From the IMG/VR virus record IMGVR_UViG_3300028887_000082: a stretch of 64,000 nt of DNA. One strand, 5' to 3'. Below are positions 63,818 to 64,000 of the stretch, piece after piece. How positions within the stretch are numbered: position 1 is the first letter of the stretch; each line of letters opens with the position of its first letter. The notes beneath the pieces are model-generated. The model made no database searches. It worked only from the letters and a program-made list of their open reading frames with translations, and was not told where the DNA came from. Both the position numbers and the translations under genes were made by a program. Origin of the DNA: a virus (lineage: Duplodnaviria > Heunggongvirae > Uroviricota > Caudoviricetes).

Positions 63818-64000
63818 ATGGCAATACGAAAAGTAACAAATGAGGAACTTCGTCAGATGATGAAGGAGGGAAAGGTGACTTTCCAGTACAAGAAGAAGGA
63901 CGGTTCAATCCGTCAGGCAACAGGTACACTCAAACCTGAGCTCATTGAGAAGAAATCACAAGGAGGTCCTTGTTATCCCAAGGAGCAGGATATTCAGTCT
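63818..64000 (+). CDS. hypothetical protein, 3'-truncated by window end
   Basis: MAIRKVTNEELRQMMKEGKVTFQYKKKDGSIRQATGTL...; continues past position 64000. Confidence 0.4.
   Translation, partial: MAIRKVTNEELRQMMKEGKVTFQYKKKDGSIRQATGTLKPELIEKKSQGGPCYPKEQDIQS

Noticed and set aside
1-64000. Reverse transcriptase/DGR, CRISPR-Cas, integrase or prophage boundaries
   Set aside because: No RT-like, Cas-like or integrase-like ORF, no attachment-site-like repeats flanking tRNAs, and no template/variable repeat pair were seen, so none is reported.

Overview
This 64 kb window looks like part of a large, AT-rich, virulent-type (jumbo-like) bacteriophage genome. Nearly all genes lie on the + strand; only two minus-strand genes were found. 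Bacteroidota-type promoters (-33 TTTG, 19-21 nt spacer, -7 TAnnTTTG), each following a rho-independent terminator hairpin, suggest a Bacteroidota host.

The first ~5 kb is a tRNA/ncRNA island: at least 13 tRNA genes, several non-canonical, plus three elongated tRNA-like genes with 70-120 nt internal insertions. One of these is clearly interrupted inside its anticodon loop and carries a nested T-arm/acceptor minihelix. A free-standing HNH endonuclease sits among them.

The rest encodes auxiliary and early functions:
- nucleotide and cofactor enzymes: GMP reductase, M42 aminopeptidase, Nudix hydrolase, thymidine kinase, dNMP kinase, PnuC-like transporter, CoaD-like adenylyltransferase;
- nucleic-acid enzymes and RNA-repair-type genes: Dda/RecD-like helicase, RNA ligase, two ATP-grasp enzymes, two HAD phosphatases, a Thg1-like tRNA 5'-guanylyltransferase, an HD phosphohydrolase, a Pol-beta nucleotidyltransferase;
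- regulation, lysis and surface proteins: Dam methylase, lytic transglycosylase, sigma-70 factor, SPFH protein, an Ig-like S/T-rich repeat protein.

The most unusual items are: (1) five tandem genes sharing a near-identical 20-aa N-terminus (MSIWGDMLDRGTGEKIKKED) with unrelated C-termini; (2) a dispersed tRNA-end repair gene set; (3) the interrupted tRNA genes; (4) a Bacteroidales type-V-pilus-like lipoprotein module whose fimbrillin-like gene continues in the -1 frame across a T6 tract; (5) a repeated GC-rich motif right after stop codons; (6) several paralog families.
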